Source: Yuukianura sp. NJ FZ-2021
Lineage: Eukaryota
Length of the DNA stretch: 64,000 nt
NCBI GenBank assembly: GCA_046563655.1
Contig: CM102289.1
Coordinates: 6,696,001 to 6,760,000, forward strand
Direction of reading: 5' to 3'
Below the pieces are notes generated by a model that worked only from the letters and a program-made list of their open reading frames with translations, searched no databases and had not been told where the DNA came from. Every line of letters begins with the position of its first letter. The first letter of the stretch is position 1. Of this stretch, positions 12,684 through 26,537 are shown in pieces. Both the position numbers and the translations under genes were made by a program.

Positions 12684-14418
12684 GTTGATGAATTAGTAAA
12701 TTTGTGATGATCTGCAGATCAAGAAAGAATTAGAGTCAAGAAGTTGCTTGGTCAAGAACCAAAATGAATCTGAATTCTAATTTGAAAGTCTCCAGTAGCT
12801 TTTCGAATGGAAAACGCCCGGCGGACTATCAATCTAAAAACGACTCGACAAAGAAACATAGATTTAAACGGATATGACTCAAAACCCTACCCTTTGTCAT
12901 ATTTTTTTGGCTTTACAATTTAGTATTCAAGGTTAAAGGGTGAGGATACTCTAGGATCTGTCTGGACTTAAACAGACAAAAGATGAACACGAAGATCCGC
13001 ACAAAAATGCAACTGGCGCCGGATGACTTATGCAGAAAAATCCTCCCCCTTCACTATTTTTCCATACTCTGGATAAAGAAACTTCGAAAAATGATGAGGG
13101 ATGTTAAATCTTTTGTTAAATTCTGAACTTTTTAGAAAGAACTTTTGGAAATTACCCAACCGAATCATCTCATTCCTCTAGTTGGCCGTTTTACATCCTT
13201 ATAGTTAGTAATATGAATCGTGAATACGTGTGTAGTAAGGCTCATAAAGTTTTCCATTTGTGTAACTTCAACCGGTGGTGACCAACCACCCACCTCGGAG
13301 TAGTTTTCCATGTTATTTTTGCATGATAATTAATAAAAGAACGATGATCATGAATGAGGTAATTGTGGTAATGAGGTAATGCATAATGAGGTAGAAATTG
13401 GTTGCATGAATCATTCAACTGGAACTTTGTAACCATTTTGGGTTAGGCTTAATTCTACAACTTTCTGAAACTGCTGAAAAACTCGTTCCGGATTTGTTCC
13501 TGATTTTGGGGCGTAGGAATGTAAAACACCGAATTGACAGATCATTGCAACTTGCAAACTGTATATCCAGAATAAGCCATGAGAATACACAAAAATGGAT
13601 GGGTTGGATTGGAATGGAATGGAAGCCCTTAAAATGATGACGTATACAAATCGTTTGCAATTTTTAAAAACGTAATGTTATGTGGTTGATGATGTTATTG
13701 CTGACCCTCATTTACTACTAAACCTCAACATTTTTGTTAATGTTATACTCAATCATTAATCAACAGTATTGGAATGCGATCATTCAGTAAGTGCAAAATT
13801 AAAGTTTGCCATCTTATTTCTCATACACTTTAGTTGAGAAATTTATGTATACGTAGTACCGTTTCTTACCTCACATTTCTAATCGAAGTAGCTGAGAAGT
13901 TTATTCGCGGGAGTCCTTACTGGATGAATTGGCGCTGCTAATTTACAATTAGTGAGTGAAGTTGATTTTAATTAACATCTGTAGAAGGGGTTAATTAATT
14001 ACAAACAAAACAAGGCATTTTCAATTTATTTGAACACGCCAAGCAAAAACAAAGCAGGAAACAGAATCGCATGCAAACTTTTTCAGAATCCCTCCACTTT
14101 GTTTAAAGCTTTCCCGCCTGTAAGTGAATTTGAGAATGAACGAATCTCACATGTACTCGAGAAGGCTTTGTTGCATGACCTTTGACCTTTTACATGAAGT
14201 TTACCTCTTCGGATTCTCAGAGGCGAATGTACATTTATCAGAACTGCCTAACGAAAATATTGTAGGAGATAAGTGTAAAGTTTTAATAATTTAGCAAATG
14301 CCTTTTCAAAAATGTTAATCACTGTAACATAATTCATTAGTGTAAAAAACTTAACAATTTTACTTGCACATTTCGGAGTTATGGCCGGTGAGTTTGCTTA
14401 TTGGAAGAAGGTGTCAGC

Positions 14419-15020
14419 TCAAAATCTGTGAAACCGAAATTAATTAAACCGATTTTTCAGCCAATACTCTCCACCATAATAATGCAAGTTATGAATGACT
14501 GCCTTGCCTTTTTCGTAGTATGTAGAAAACGACACCAAGGAACATACAGAAAGCTAAGAAAATCAGAATTCGATCAGTGAATTCTCTTCGCCCATACTTC
14601 GACAGAAGTGACCTTGATGTTCCAATCGTGGCACTTTGATCATTCAATTCCTCTCTCGTATCCTTTACCTTGGCTGACGATTGTCCTGGTCAAATCAGAA
14701 AAACAAAAACTAAGATATATGTACACCAAAACTTTCTCTTTGCCTCAAACAAATCAATTCCACGCAATGTCAATTACCCAGTTGTTCCAAAGTCAAGGCA
14801 CTTTGATTCACTGTATTGAGCAGTAACTTCTGGGACCTGGATAACGAACTCGTAGTGTCAGTGGCGACTCTCCTAGCAGCTTCCGAATTTTCCAAATTCC
14901 TTGCAAACAAAAGGACAGATTATTACATCCGCACAACTTTAAAATTACAAGCAACCCAGACAAATTTAAAAAAAACATCTTTATCTCCAGAATCAATTTG
15001 TACTAAACTTACCGTCTCAT
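14419..15020 (-). CDS. BNIP1: Vesicle transport SNARE Sec20/BNIP1-like, short form (~104 aa)
   Basis: Spliced ...TTSSLSRSQKLLLNTVNQSALTLEQLGQSSAKVKDTREELNDQSATIGTSRSLLSKYGRREFTDRILIFLAFCMFLGVVFYILRKR matches the Sec20 C-terminal SNARE+TM signature (KYxRRExTD). Not in the ORF track. Confidence 0.8.
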
Positions 15021-15873
15021 TCTGTAGAGTTATCCACCGTATCAATTCACTAATTTCTTGCAGTGCACTTTCAGTATTTAATTTAGATCAGTTACACTAA
15101 TTTCCTAAAAAGTTAAGGCACGGTCTTTATAATTTGACTTTTTGACAGCCAACAGCTGACAGGCTTGAAAACAGCTGTTTGAAATTTGAATTCGACGCAA
15201 ATTCTTCTTTCTCGCTTGCGCAGTTGTGAATGCGGCCTAATTAATGAATCCATTTTAATTTATTTCATGTGAAAAATATTGAACGTAAATTAATTCGGAA
15301 ATTAGTTAATCCGGTTACAACTAACACGACTAATTCATTAACACAAGTTTACTAACCAGGAGAGGTACCGCGGCATCATTCGACGTCACCTTCACGTCGC
15401 TAACTGGCTAACTGATGGAATTATAAATAAAAAAAAAAGATCATACGAAAACACATATTACAAAAAAAACCTTACTGACACTTTTAGAATCCGTAAATAA
15501 GTTCACAATCAAGGAATGCATAAGTTTACACTTTGGATTGGACTCACCGTAAAACAAAAAAGAAAGGAATGGAATGGACTTCATTGTTTACAAAAACAAG
15601 GTTGACAATTTAGCTAAATTAGAATGTTAAGGAAAATCGTATAGTGAACAATTTGGTATTTCTAATCTACAAGTACTCATCGATTAGCATAAACGTTTTC
15701 GGGAGCACAAGCTATTATGTTACCCAGTAACTTAGAATTTTGCTGCCCGTGGAATTACATAAGGCTTCTAGTTTGTGGTTATGTCGTGGCGACGAGCGAG
15801 TACACGACTATAAGCTTGCAGTTGATGATAATCTTCGTTTTTACTTATGATGCTGTTCAGTCTACTTGTTCAT

Positions 15874-18800
15874 TCAGTTGGATCTTTCTGGTGATCCCAT
15901 AGGCGAGCTGTCACCGGAAGACTCCGAGAGGTTACGCAATTTCCAGAAAGAGACAGTCCCATCCTCACTACAATATTTACAAAGGTAGTTAGTTACTGAA
16001 TTGGCATGTTAGGGGCGTCATATGGAAAGTCCATATGCGCGCCCCGTGGACATCGTCATAATGTCATCCGTTTGGCGACGAGCAAGAGGAAGAAGACGAT
16101 TTGGAATAGGATGCTTCTGTGGCGAAAAACAAATACCACTACTCATCACAGAAGCATTCAGTCTCCAGAATTTCACTTGTCCAACGCTGCGTGCGTTTTA
16201 GTAAAATTAAATGTTAGTTTTTCATTAGTCAATTGTTAGTAAAAGCTTTCAAAATATCTGAAAACCCAACTCACTTTGAACCTGTAAAGAGGCACGCACT
16301 GTTCGACGCGAGGCAATTGACTCCGCCTTTATGAGCTTCAACTTGACCAATCATCCGTGCCGTGTCGGTGCTCCAGACTTTCATCGTTCCATCTCGCGAA
16401 GTAGAAACAAGGTACTGAGGATATAACGCTGGGACACAAAGGCCAGAAATCCAATGTCCATGAGCGTTGTTGTAAGCCTAATAAGAATTTTTTGAAAACA
16501 TTTCTTCCAAAACCTTCAAAGTCAATTCCTGAGAACTTACAAACAGAAATTCCGGTTTCGCGTTCAGATCCCATTTTTTGATACAATTGTCACGAGATCC
16601 GGAAAATAGCGTTGCTCCAGAAAGTGCCAAGGCTTCGATCCCATCGTAATGCGGAGGATTTAGAGTTGCCTTTGGAGGGACAGAGATATTCATCAGCGGT
16701 TCATTCGTGTCATAGGAATACACCTTGAGAAATAAAACCAAATATCGTTAGATAGTTAATACATTATGTTGACCTCAACAAGAAACATTTTTTGCTTACC
16801 TTGATGGAATGATCCTTGGAGCCAGTGACCAAGGTGTTGAATCCTCTTGAATTCTGAGTCTCCATGCACATGACTTGAGAAAGATGCTTTCCAGGTAAAA
16901 CGCCAATTGACGAATAAGTTCTCAAGTCCCACATTCGCACCATATGACCATAGCTGCTGTAAAGGGCTTTCGAGCTTTCGCAAACAGCAATGGAAGTTAT
17001 CTGTTGCTCCTTGTGTGGAAGTTGTAAAAAGCTTTCAGTAGCAGGTTCGGAAACGTAGCAGATCCCGGCAGAGCTGTGAAAAATCGTGTATGTTATTGCC
17101 ATAGTAAGATTTTGATTCAAATTCCGATTAGTACTGAATTACACTTACGACATATTTTTAACGCAAGCATTAGTTCTCAAGTCGTAGACACGAATATAGC
17201 AGGATGTTGCACAAAACAAAATCTGAGACTCTGGCCAATACTTTACACGGCAGATATTAGTAGGCGGACCAAGGAGAGTGCTGATCTCCTTCATTTCATT
17301 CAGATCCCAAATCTTTACGGAAGTATCCTTTCCGCTAGTGAACAGGCGATCCTCCGTTGCATAAATATCTAACACAGCTTTCGAGTGACCTTCAGCGACG
17401 TGTGTGAGAACGAAATGTGACTTCTACACAAACAAGAATATGTTCTTTATTAGTATAATTTATCCATACAAATAATATGCTTCTATTGGCTAGAATTTCA
17501 TCCACAAAACTTCTGTACCTGACTAGCTCTACTATCCCGAATGGCTCGAATGGATCCCAGATTGACTGCTGGATTGATCATGTTCGCTCCAGAAGTGCTT
17601 GAAGTGAGCCGCTGGAAAACATTTTCGTTTCCACCTCTTCTAGATGCTCCAGGAGAACCGGGAGCAGAAACTGAGCCATTTGTAGCTTCATCCCTGATTA
17701 CACAAAGCGTTAAAAATTATTCACTACAAATACAAGTGAAAACCCTAGTACTAAAAACTTCGTGAAACCAATTTTTGTAAACTTACACAATGAAGGTGGT
17801 ATCAGCGTTGAAGTTACCAGTAGGAATATGAGAGAACTCCGAATTAGAACCATTTACGCCATTCGTAGGAGCGGAGTGCGGAGCACGGTAAGTTGATCTT
17901 GCCCCGTTAATTTTGCGACCAGCCAAAGTTGGCTTAGATATTGGTTGGGTGACGGTCGTGACGTTGTTCAAAGAATCCGTGTTGGCTGAAGATACATCTT
18001 CAGTGTTCTTGCCAATATTGAAGGTCGGCCGGCGTTCCATTCTGTACGATAAGATAATAAGTGAGGAAAACAAAAAACGTACAGTTTAAGGCTACAATAT
18101 TTCCAGAAGTCGTTACCGGTTCTGACGAGCTGTAGTTGGGGCCCTGGTAGACTGACTACGAAGCAGTGGGCCATTGCGTGCATCAACCGGTCCTGGACGA
18201 ACTGTTTAGCAAAACAAAACAGAATTTAAGCTGAAATTGCAAAATAGTGCAAAAACTTCAATTCGCTCTTACCGAATCCATCATCTTCCACTACAGTAGC
18301 CGTTGCTGGCGCAGAAAGAACCAAGTCACCCATGAGTTCTTTTCGGCTTGAGGTAAGCCTTCTGGCCTTTGCCGAGATCAACGAACGGTCGTCACCTATT
18401 GCGACTGGAACTTGTCGTCGAACGAATCTCCTTCCGGAAGTAATTGGTGAACTTGGATAAGATTCACCTCCAGACTGGGTTTCAGGCTCAGCTCCTATGC
18501 TGCAAGTATAGGGAAGCAGCGTAAATGCAAAAGATTGGAACACAAACGATAGAATTTAGTGTCTAAACTAAACCAAATTACGTTTACGACCGTTAAACCG
18601 TTTCTCATGCAGACTCGTTGCTCATGCAGACTACCACAACAATAAAACGGTAACCCAACTAACTATTGGTTTTGTTTTTTAAACAATTCACAAACATTAT
18701 ACCCGGTCTGTACTAATACAAACCAACAAAAATTACAAAATACGAGAACGAAAGAGAATATTTCAGTTGTATGTGTGTCAGTGTGTCAAAACGTTTCCAA

Positions 18801-21800
18801 GTACAGACCTCCAGAATAGCCCAAAATAACCCGCGAAAAAGTAAATCAGTGCAAACAAAAAAGTAGCAGAAAATGACCACCCATCAGCTGAACTAAATGA
18901 ACATCCCAAATTCAGCGTGCATTTGGCAATCGAAATAAATGGGGGGAAATTAAACAAAAAACTAAAATCAATCTACAAAATTAAAAACAAAATGAAAACA
19001 AGGCAAATGTCAAATGTAAATGAAAGAAGATTTCTTGTTCTTACGCTTGTCCGTTGGATTCGGTTCCATTGCCGTTTGCCTTAGCCACGGCCCGATTCCG
19101 GTTTGACGCTCGGACATTGTTGATACGTAGGGTTAGATCCGGTGACAGATTTGGATCATTGATGCAGTACTTTGCGAACATGTGAGACAAGAGCTCATTG
19201 GCAGTTAGAAGTTCTCGAGTCAGCTGTAAAATAAAAGAATTTTTTTAGGTCAAGTCAAAATCAGTTGAATATTGAAATAATCAGAGAAACTTAAGCCTCT
19301 TTCACATCGGATACGCCGTAACAACTGTCTACGGCAATTGTGACGACGTATCCATTCACACCAAACCAACTCACCGCCGGTGAGTTGGACGACGGAAGAG
19401 AAAGTTGACGGCGGAAGACGGCTGAGGTGTTCACATTGCCTCACGGCTGCCGCCGTCACATTTTACGTCGTCAACTCTTCCTACAGGAGGAGATGGGAGC
19501 CCCAAAAGTTGAAAAGTTTCAACTTTTGGACCAACTCCGGCCGGACAGTTCCCATCTCATCCCAGCTGATCATCCTTCCCCCCTTCTTTCTACATAATCA
19601 GCAGAACCAAAGTAGGAAAACAAAAGAGTAACATTGTTTAAGTGCTAATTAACAGTTAATTAAGCTAATTAACTATTAATTGTGTCTTAATACATCACCC
19701 TATAGGGAAATACGTAGCTACACCTCCCAAAGCACGGTAATGGAACAATCTGCACATCAGTAATTGTAATCATTTGGTAGTTTTCAATTCATCTACTTCA
19801 TTTGTTGTCCCATATGACACTGAAAGGCGCCTTTCAAGAATTGTGTACAAATGAAGCTGTATCACACCGAGACCGGCGTAAAACTTTCCGTAGAAAAAAT
19901 TTACGGCGTAAAATAAGCCGGTGGTGCAGTGTGAAACCCTTCAACAACTGTCTACGGCAGTTTGTTACGCCGGCACAACTGCCGTCGGCAGTTGTTACGT
20001 CGTATCCGGTGTGAAAGAGGCTTTACATTGATGTTTTCTTGTTCAGCCAAACTCAACTTTGTGGAAGTATCTTTGCACTCATCAACATTTTCCATTGTAA
20101 AAGCAAACATCTTCTGCAACAGATACTCGCAGTCCTCTTTTGTAAGATGCTCGGTGGCAAGAGTAATATCTGGAATCTGTTCCATGGCTTTCGGACTGGC
20201 GGATGTGAGATCACAAATGGCTTTTTGGTTTTGCGAAACTTGCTCATCAGAGTAGTTCATGGAGGCAGTGAGTGTATCAATTTCATCGTTAAGTCTATTG
20301 ATGTCCTCCTCGTTTAGGTTCCCTCCACTAATCTGACTTTGAATTTGCTCAATTTCTTCTTTGACTTGATGGCGATTTCGGATGTGTGTCAGCATCTCGC
20401 TTTCCAACTGCTCCATCATTTTGCGATCGACATCTCTCTTCGCAAAGGCAGATTTCAATTCGTCCCATTTCTTCTTAGCTTTGGCAGGAGATCCTCTCTT
20501 GTGAACAGCAACTGTAGCGACTTTCCCAGCAGCACGGCGACTCATTACGTTCTTGTTGTGTCTCTTGAGTGCCGAAACTTCTTCAAGTTTTCTTTTGATG
20601 ATTTGCTCCTTGAGTCGATCTTTGGATTCAAGAGCACGAATTTGCACATCCTTCTTCCGTTGGTCCTTCTTGAGCTGAAGAATTTCTTTCATTCTCTTGG
20701 CATCGGTTTCACGGAACTTTACGTTCTCCTCCTTCAGTTGATTTTGGAGTTTGACTTTATTGCGTTTCATGACATCAACATCCAACTTGAGCGCGGCTAC
20801 TTGCTTCTCAACTGCCAATTTCTTTCGGACAAGGGCGTCGTGCTCTTTCAACGCCTCTCTCATCTTGGTAAGTTCCTTCTGTAGCTCGCTTACCTTAGCT
20901 TCGTACTCGTCCTTCACCTGGAATAAAACGAAACGATTAGTAAACAGTCTACAAATAAGCAACTTATTTGATATGATTGTTTTGGAATTCTCATTCTACC
21001 TGCTTGATTTTAGCTGTAGTTGGGGCACTTGGTTTGATATTTGTCAAAATCTTATCCCGTTCTTCCTCAGTATGTTTGATCTTTGTAACAAGGATTTGAA
21101 TTTGTTGCTCATACTGCTCTTTCGTATCCATGGCTCGCTTGTTGGACAGTTCCAGTTGTTCAATCAGTCTTTGCTTCGTATTAATTTGGTCATTTATGTT
21201 TGCAATTTCTTCTTGTACTCGAAGACCATCTTCATTGTCTTCATCCTCTTCAAAATCCCCTTCACTTCCACTGTGTTCCGAAGTATCTACACTTTCTTGA
21301 CTCTCTATTCCGTTGGCTTCTTCTACGGGTTCAGCCATTGAGCTCATCCCAGTTCGGCGCCTTTTCATCTTCCTCTCCAACTTATGTTTTTGAGATTCTT
21401 GATTTGCAATTTCCGTTTGAGCAGCACTTATTATATCGATGACGGATTCTGTTTCGACGGAGGTAGCTTCGAGATCATTATAGGCAGTTCCTGGTCTACT
21501 GGTCATTGGAACGTTCAGTCTCGGCGACAAGGACTGGTTCAGCAACGCAGCAGTCGTGCTCTGCTTCCTCTTGAGCAGTTCACACATTGCTTCAGACTCA
21601 AATAACTTGACACGGAGTTCCTCAATGTCCTGAGTGTACTTGCGAATAATCTGAGTAATGTCGGAACCATCAGGATTGCTTACTATGCCTTCGCAGGCTT
21701 TCTGGGCTAAAATCTCCGCATTTGAAGCTGTGATTCTATCCAACGACTCTTGTAAAACTTTGACACGACTTCGCAGCTTTTCTAGTTCCGCAGTCAACAT

Positions 21801-24522
21801 CACATTTTCTTGATACAAATCACTTTCAACCATCTCTCCATTCCCAGCAACAAGTCTTCCCTGTAAAGTGTGAAATATGAAAATAACAATTTTATACCAG
21901 TTAAATAACTTGGAATTTCTAAGTAATTTTGATTTACTAACCTGCTTATATGCAAGGAGCTCATGCTCCAATCGTGCTATTTCCTGTTTCAGATTCGAAA
22001 TAATTCTGGAACTCTTGTCCTGGTTGATGGTGACCTTGTTCTTGATGTTTCTGGCTCTATTGGCGTACTTCAACGTGTTCAAAGTTTCCACAAAATCGCG
22101 ATCACACGGTGAGATGCAAGCAATCATAATTGTTCTGGAGTTACCGCCCAACGAGTCCTGCAGGAGACGCGTCAACTTCGAATCACGGTATGGAATGTGC
22201 GAAGCCTTTTTTGCTTTGTCGCCGAGTGCCGAGATAACGTTCCCAAGAGCCAGCAAACCACAGTTAATAGAGATGCCTTCCTTGGCGCGATCTCCAACGG
22301 CACCAGTTCGCTTCAAACGTTCAGACCCGGCAAGATCGACGAAGTGAAATTTGGCCGACAGCGTTTCAAATTCTGGTGCGCTGGATTCTTCGCCCTGAAA
22401 ACATCAACATCACGGTGAGTACAGGTAACATGTGTTAAGTTAAGTCTATACGGCGAGACGTCTAACCTTTTCCTCAGGCTTGACTATACGCTGTTGGTAA
22501 ATGTGCAATGTAAAAATGGCGTGAGACCTGCTGGAACTGTCATTCATATTAGTTGAAGCTGTAGAACGAACAAGGGCTCCATCTCGCAGGCAAGTCATGG
22601 TCTCCGCTGCCGAGTTTACTTGTTTAGTCTCTACACCGAGCATAGATATTATTCCAGACGGATCTTCACGAATCTTGATTCCGCTCCTACCTTGTCGATA
22701 AGCCTAAAAAAGAAAAAAAATCAAAGTATTTCAATTCCAGGACGAGTTATATGTATTTACACTCCTTTTTGAGTTATCTTAACATTGCCAGACTACAGAC
22801 AAAGATGCTGTTAAGCATGGAGAATCTTAGACATGTAGGATTTCCATTTGAAGTTTCCTTGGCCACAGCTCATTTTCCTTTTCGGCTCGTGTAATAAGGC
22901 CAAATCTTAATTTTAATTTCCGGACTGTTTGACTTTGTGGTTCGTTAACTCCTTCGTTCAAAATTAACGAGTCATTCAGTGTCAGTAAAAGTGAAATTGG
23001 TAAATATCCAAATCACCTTTCCGTCATTCACGTTACGACCATATATAGAATGCTTCAAAACTTACATAGATTTCATAAGGAGTCCACTTATTCACCTCAT
23101 TCCATTTCCATTAACTAAATACCTTTTTCATTTTTGTTAGCATTCCATATAAGGCGACAAGGTCAAGATGATCTTTTACTCTATCCGTCAACCCGCCCAT
23201 TCGTTCTCATCCATTTGGCAAATACGCGAATTTACTTATTCCCATTTACAATTTTAGCGTGTGAAGTTCATGCACGCAGGGGAAGTTAACAAGGAAGTAT
23301 AAATGGTTTGCAAAGGCGTTTCAAAGTTAAATGAAAAATATTTCTATGCAAATTGAACAATGGGCGTTTCTAAAAAGCCTGCAAAAACTGAAAACACACT
23401 TTTTAGTGTTTTAGAAACTTACGCAATTGAGTTCAACTTGAAAGAGCGTGTAGGAGAATTAAATGCAGGAAGTAGGGGAATAAATTAGCATAGTAACTAA
23501 AGTAAAGTGAATCAAAGCAATAGCACTACCACTAAACACTAACCATTGACGGAGTACTGCCACCAAAAGCTTTGGAATCATTCCAGGAGCGAGCACTGCA
23601 AGGTGCGGAGTAATTTGAGTTGACGTCTGAGCCAGTTTCGGTTGGAACAGATGAAGCAAGCTTGGAAGTCAAGCAATGCTAATGAAGCAATTACATAAGT
23701 CAATTCTATAGAATAAGCTTTAAACACCACTTATCTTTAGTGCGAAAAGAAAAATTGAAGGATTATTTCAGGCTGTATGAGGTTTGGATTAATAAGAATA
23801 GTGTGGTCCTTGACGTGACAGAATTGGCTTTGATTAAAAAATTACCTTGATGTCAGAGGAAATTAGATCGTTGATTTCTTCGTTATGCAATTCCACGAAT
23901 TGCGCCTTTACAGTGAACTCTGGCGGAGATTCGTTTCGATCAAGCATTTCTTGCCGAATCTTGTCGATTCCATTGAACAAATGATGAACTGCCCGAGGAA
24001 TGATGCCTTGAGAGGGGGCCACTTCACTGAATGAAAGATGCTCCGTATCAAAACCAGTACCCATAGTATAAGTTTTGCCGGAGCCAGTCTAAAAACAAAA
24101 GAACTAACTAATAATAATCGAGATCACACCAAATTCATAGGATGAATTGTTTCTCGAATTCAGCTATAATCTTACCTGTCCATACGCCAAAATGGTTGCA
24201 TTGTAGCCTGATAGGCATCCATCTACAAGCTCCTCAACGGTGCTAAATACTTCCAGTTGCGAGACGTCGCTATCCAGGACATGATCAAAAGTGAAACCAG
24301 TATTACTCACCCAGATCTGAGGCTGCCCTGGTGTAACGCTGGTGCAAATCTGACACCCATCGATCGTCTCCCTTGGAACTCGCGGGCGAATCCTACAAAT
24401 ATCAAACATTAGTCCAAAAAATGTTCGAATACTAGGTAATAATTAAGTTAAAATTAAAGAATTGCTAATAAAAACTATCCACCAACTCACCTAACAGCAA
24501 CTCGAACGGATGATTCGTCCAT
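15874..24522 (-). CDS. KIF21: Kinesin-4 family KIF21/Klp31E-like motor (N-terminal motor, coiled coil, C-terminal WD40), multi-exon
   Basis: [64 protein letters not shown], long coiled coil and WD40 repeats ([14 protein letters not shown]). Confidence 0.95.
19294..20022. mobile_element. Non-autonomous PIF/Harbinger (Tourist-like) MITE in a KIF21 intron
   Basis: TIRs 'agcctctttcacatcggatacg' and 'cgtatccggtgtgaaagaggct', flanked by TTA direct repeats at 19291-19293 and 20023-20025. Confidence 0.85.
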
Positions 24523-25434
24523 TTTGGTTCAAAAGTACCACCTCAAATCCAGGGAAACTGCCTTGTCGGTCAACCGAGGCGATTCCGTAAAAATTTAAAT
24601 CATTCCTTGTTCCGGTAATACGCACAATCGCTCCAAACGTTCCTCCGAGCTCTGGGCTCACGAATTCCGCAGAAAGAGATCGCGTTCCAGATAGTACACG
24701 AGTGACCTTGACCGACAGGCACTTGAACTGACGGTGTGCAATACTAATTCCAGTCCGGTACAATAGTAAGGCGATCTGAAAGAAAACAATTAAAATGAAT
24801 TCCGTTACAAAGTAAACTAACGGTAACGGTTATAAAAGTTAAAGTTGACTGACCCTAATTAATTGACTCAGAGTTGTCCAGAGATTAGAGATACCAATAC
24901 TTCCTTGTTTTCTTACGTCACTTTACGTCCACAAATCCACAAAGAGCTTTCAACGGACACAAAATTAACGAACTCTTGGAAAGGAAGATGTTCACGGTCT
25001 TTATCTCGCAAAACTTTACAACTGACTGCACACAATTCTTTTTTTGATTGATCTTTACCTACTCTCTCTCAACGGAACAGGTTTTTGTCTTCGATTGAAG
25101 TACGGGCAACGCTTACGACTTGTTACCCGAATGAATTAAACAGATGTAAATGTATTATTACAAAATAGAATATCCATACTTTTAAGGACGTGTGTTATGC
25201 GTCTAATAAACAATAATCGTTAAATTTAGTAACCACGATAACCGAGCTTGTGTAGTTAGTAAAAGTTGCAGACATCGACAAAAAGAAACACCCTCGTGAG
25301 TGGTGAAAAAGGATCAGTGCAAATAACCTTGATAAAAAAAAAGTATGCACTTTCAAACAAACAAAACTGACGCAAGTTCGGTTGCCGTCGTTTGGGTTTT
25401 GTCAACAACTTTTCTGAGGCTGCGACATTGAAAT

Positions 25435-25716
25435 GCAAAAATGGTTTTGGTCAGCGTGGGAATGTCGTACAGTAACCCACAATATATCAAACTTTAGGAA
25501 AAGAGTTGATCTAGTACTATTACGTTTTAAAATTATGAAATTATAATTCTAACAATGAAAAAAATGGACACAAATATTCAGCCCCTTTTTCTGCATAGTT
25601 ACACTTGGAATTAAATAAGTTTGCAACGTAATAGTACTAGATCAAGTCTTTGCCTAAAGTTTGATATATTGTAGGTCACTGTACGACATTTCTACGCTGA
25701 CCAAAACCATTTTTGC
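25435..25716. mobile_element. MITE-like long inverted repeat (~92 bp arms, ~100 bp spacer)
   Basis: 25435-25526 'gcaaaaatggttttggtcagcgt...gatctagtactattacgtt' is the reverse complement of 25625-25716, with scattered mismatches. Confidence 0.75.
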
Positions 25717-26537
25717 GTGGCGGTGTTACAGCGGCATTTTGACCCCCAGTTTCCAGGGTGTCCGCACACCTTAACATAAAAAATTACTGGCAAGCCGTGC
25801 GGCTACATAAATAAGGGTAATGTAATAATTAATTAGACAGATGTCAAGGTGATTCCATGTTTATTTTCACAATACGTTTCAATTATTATTCAACGCGGAG
25901 CCCTCCACATTTTTCGTTGATAATTATTCCGTAATGTTCCCTCAAACAAAAATTATTTTAGAAGTGTCCTTTTTCACAGCACACGACGTCATGTTTGTCA
26001 TCTGCATTCAGGCAGGTCACATGATTCGTACCGCAAACAAAAATTTGCGTGCATCTCTGTTTTGAGAATTCAAGTTGATTTATTTTTAAATCATTTTTCA
26101 ATTTTATTTTAATATTTCGCTGGGTTCAAAATCTTACTTTCAATTATCTGTTCAGGTCAAATGGCAGGCGTTGTAATTAATTAAGCATGAGAGTATGACA
26201 GCACTACTTTTGGGTAGCTAACCATACGCAGCGAGTTGAACTTTTGTGGTACATTGGTGTAACCGTAACGTTACGTCAACTATCCCTGCTATACTTGACA
26301 TATTAGGGATGGACACTAACAATGTAATGTTTTCATTTATTTTTAATCGATATTTTAAATAATTTATTGACACTAGTTAAAATTATAACTGTATCAGCTG
26401 AATATATTTATTTTGTATTTCTTCCGTATTTATGAGTTGAAAGTATTCTTTGTTGTAAAAGCACTTCAATTTTGGCATTTGCTATAACCTTATTTGTAAT
26501 TTTGTTCCTGTATCTAGCATAATTTAATTACCAAAAT

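Noticed and set aside
20039..22418. Long plus-strand ORFs (181, 196 and 156 aa)
   Set aside because: Antisense shadows of KIF21 coding exons.
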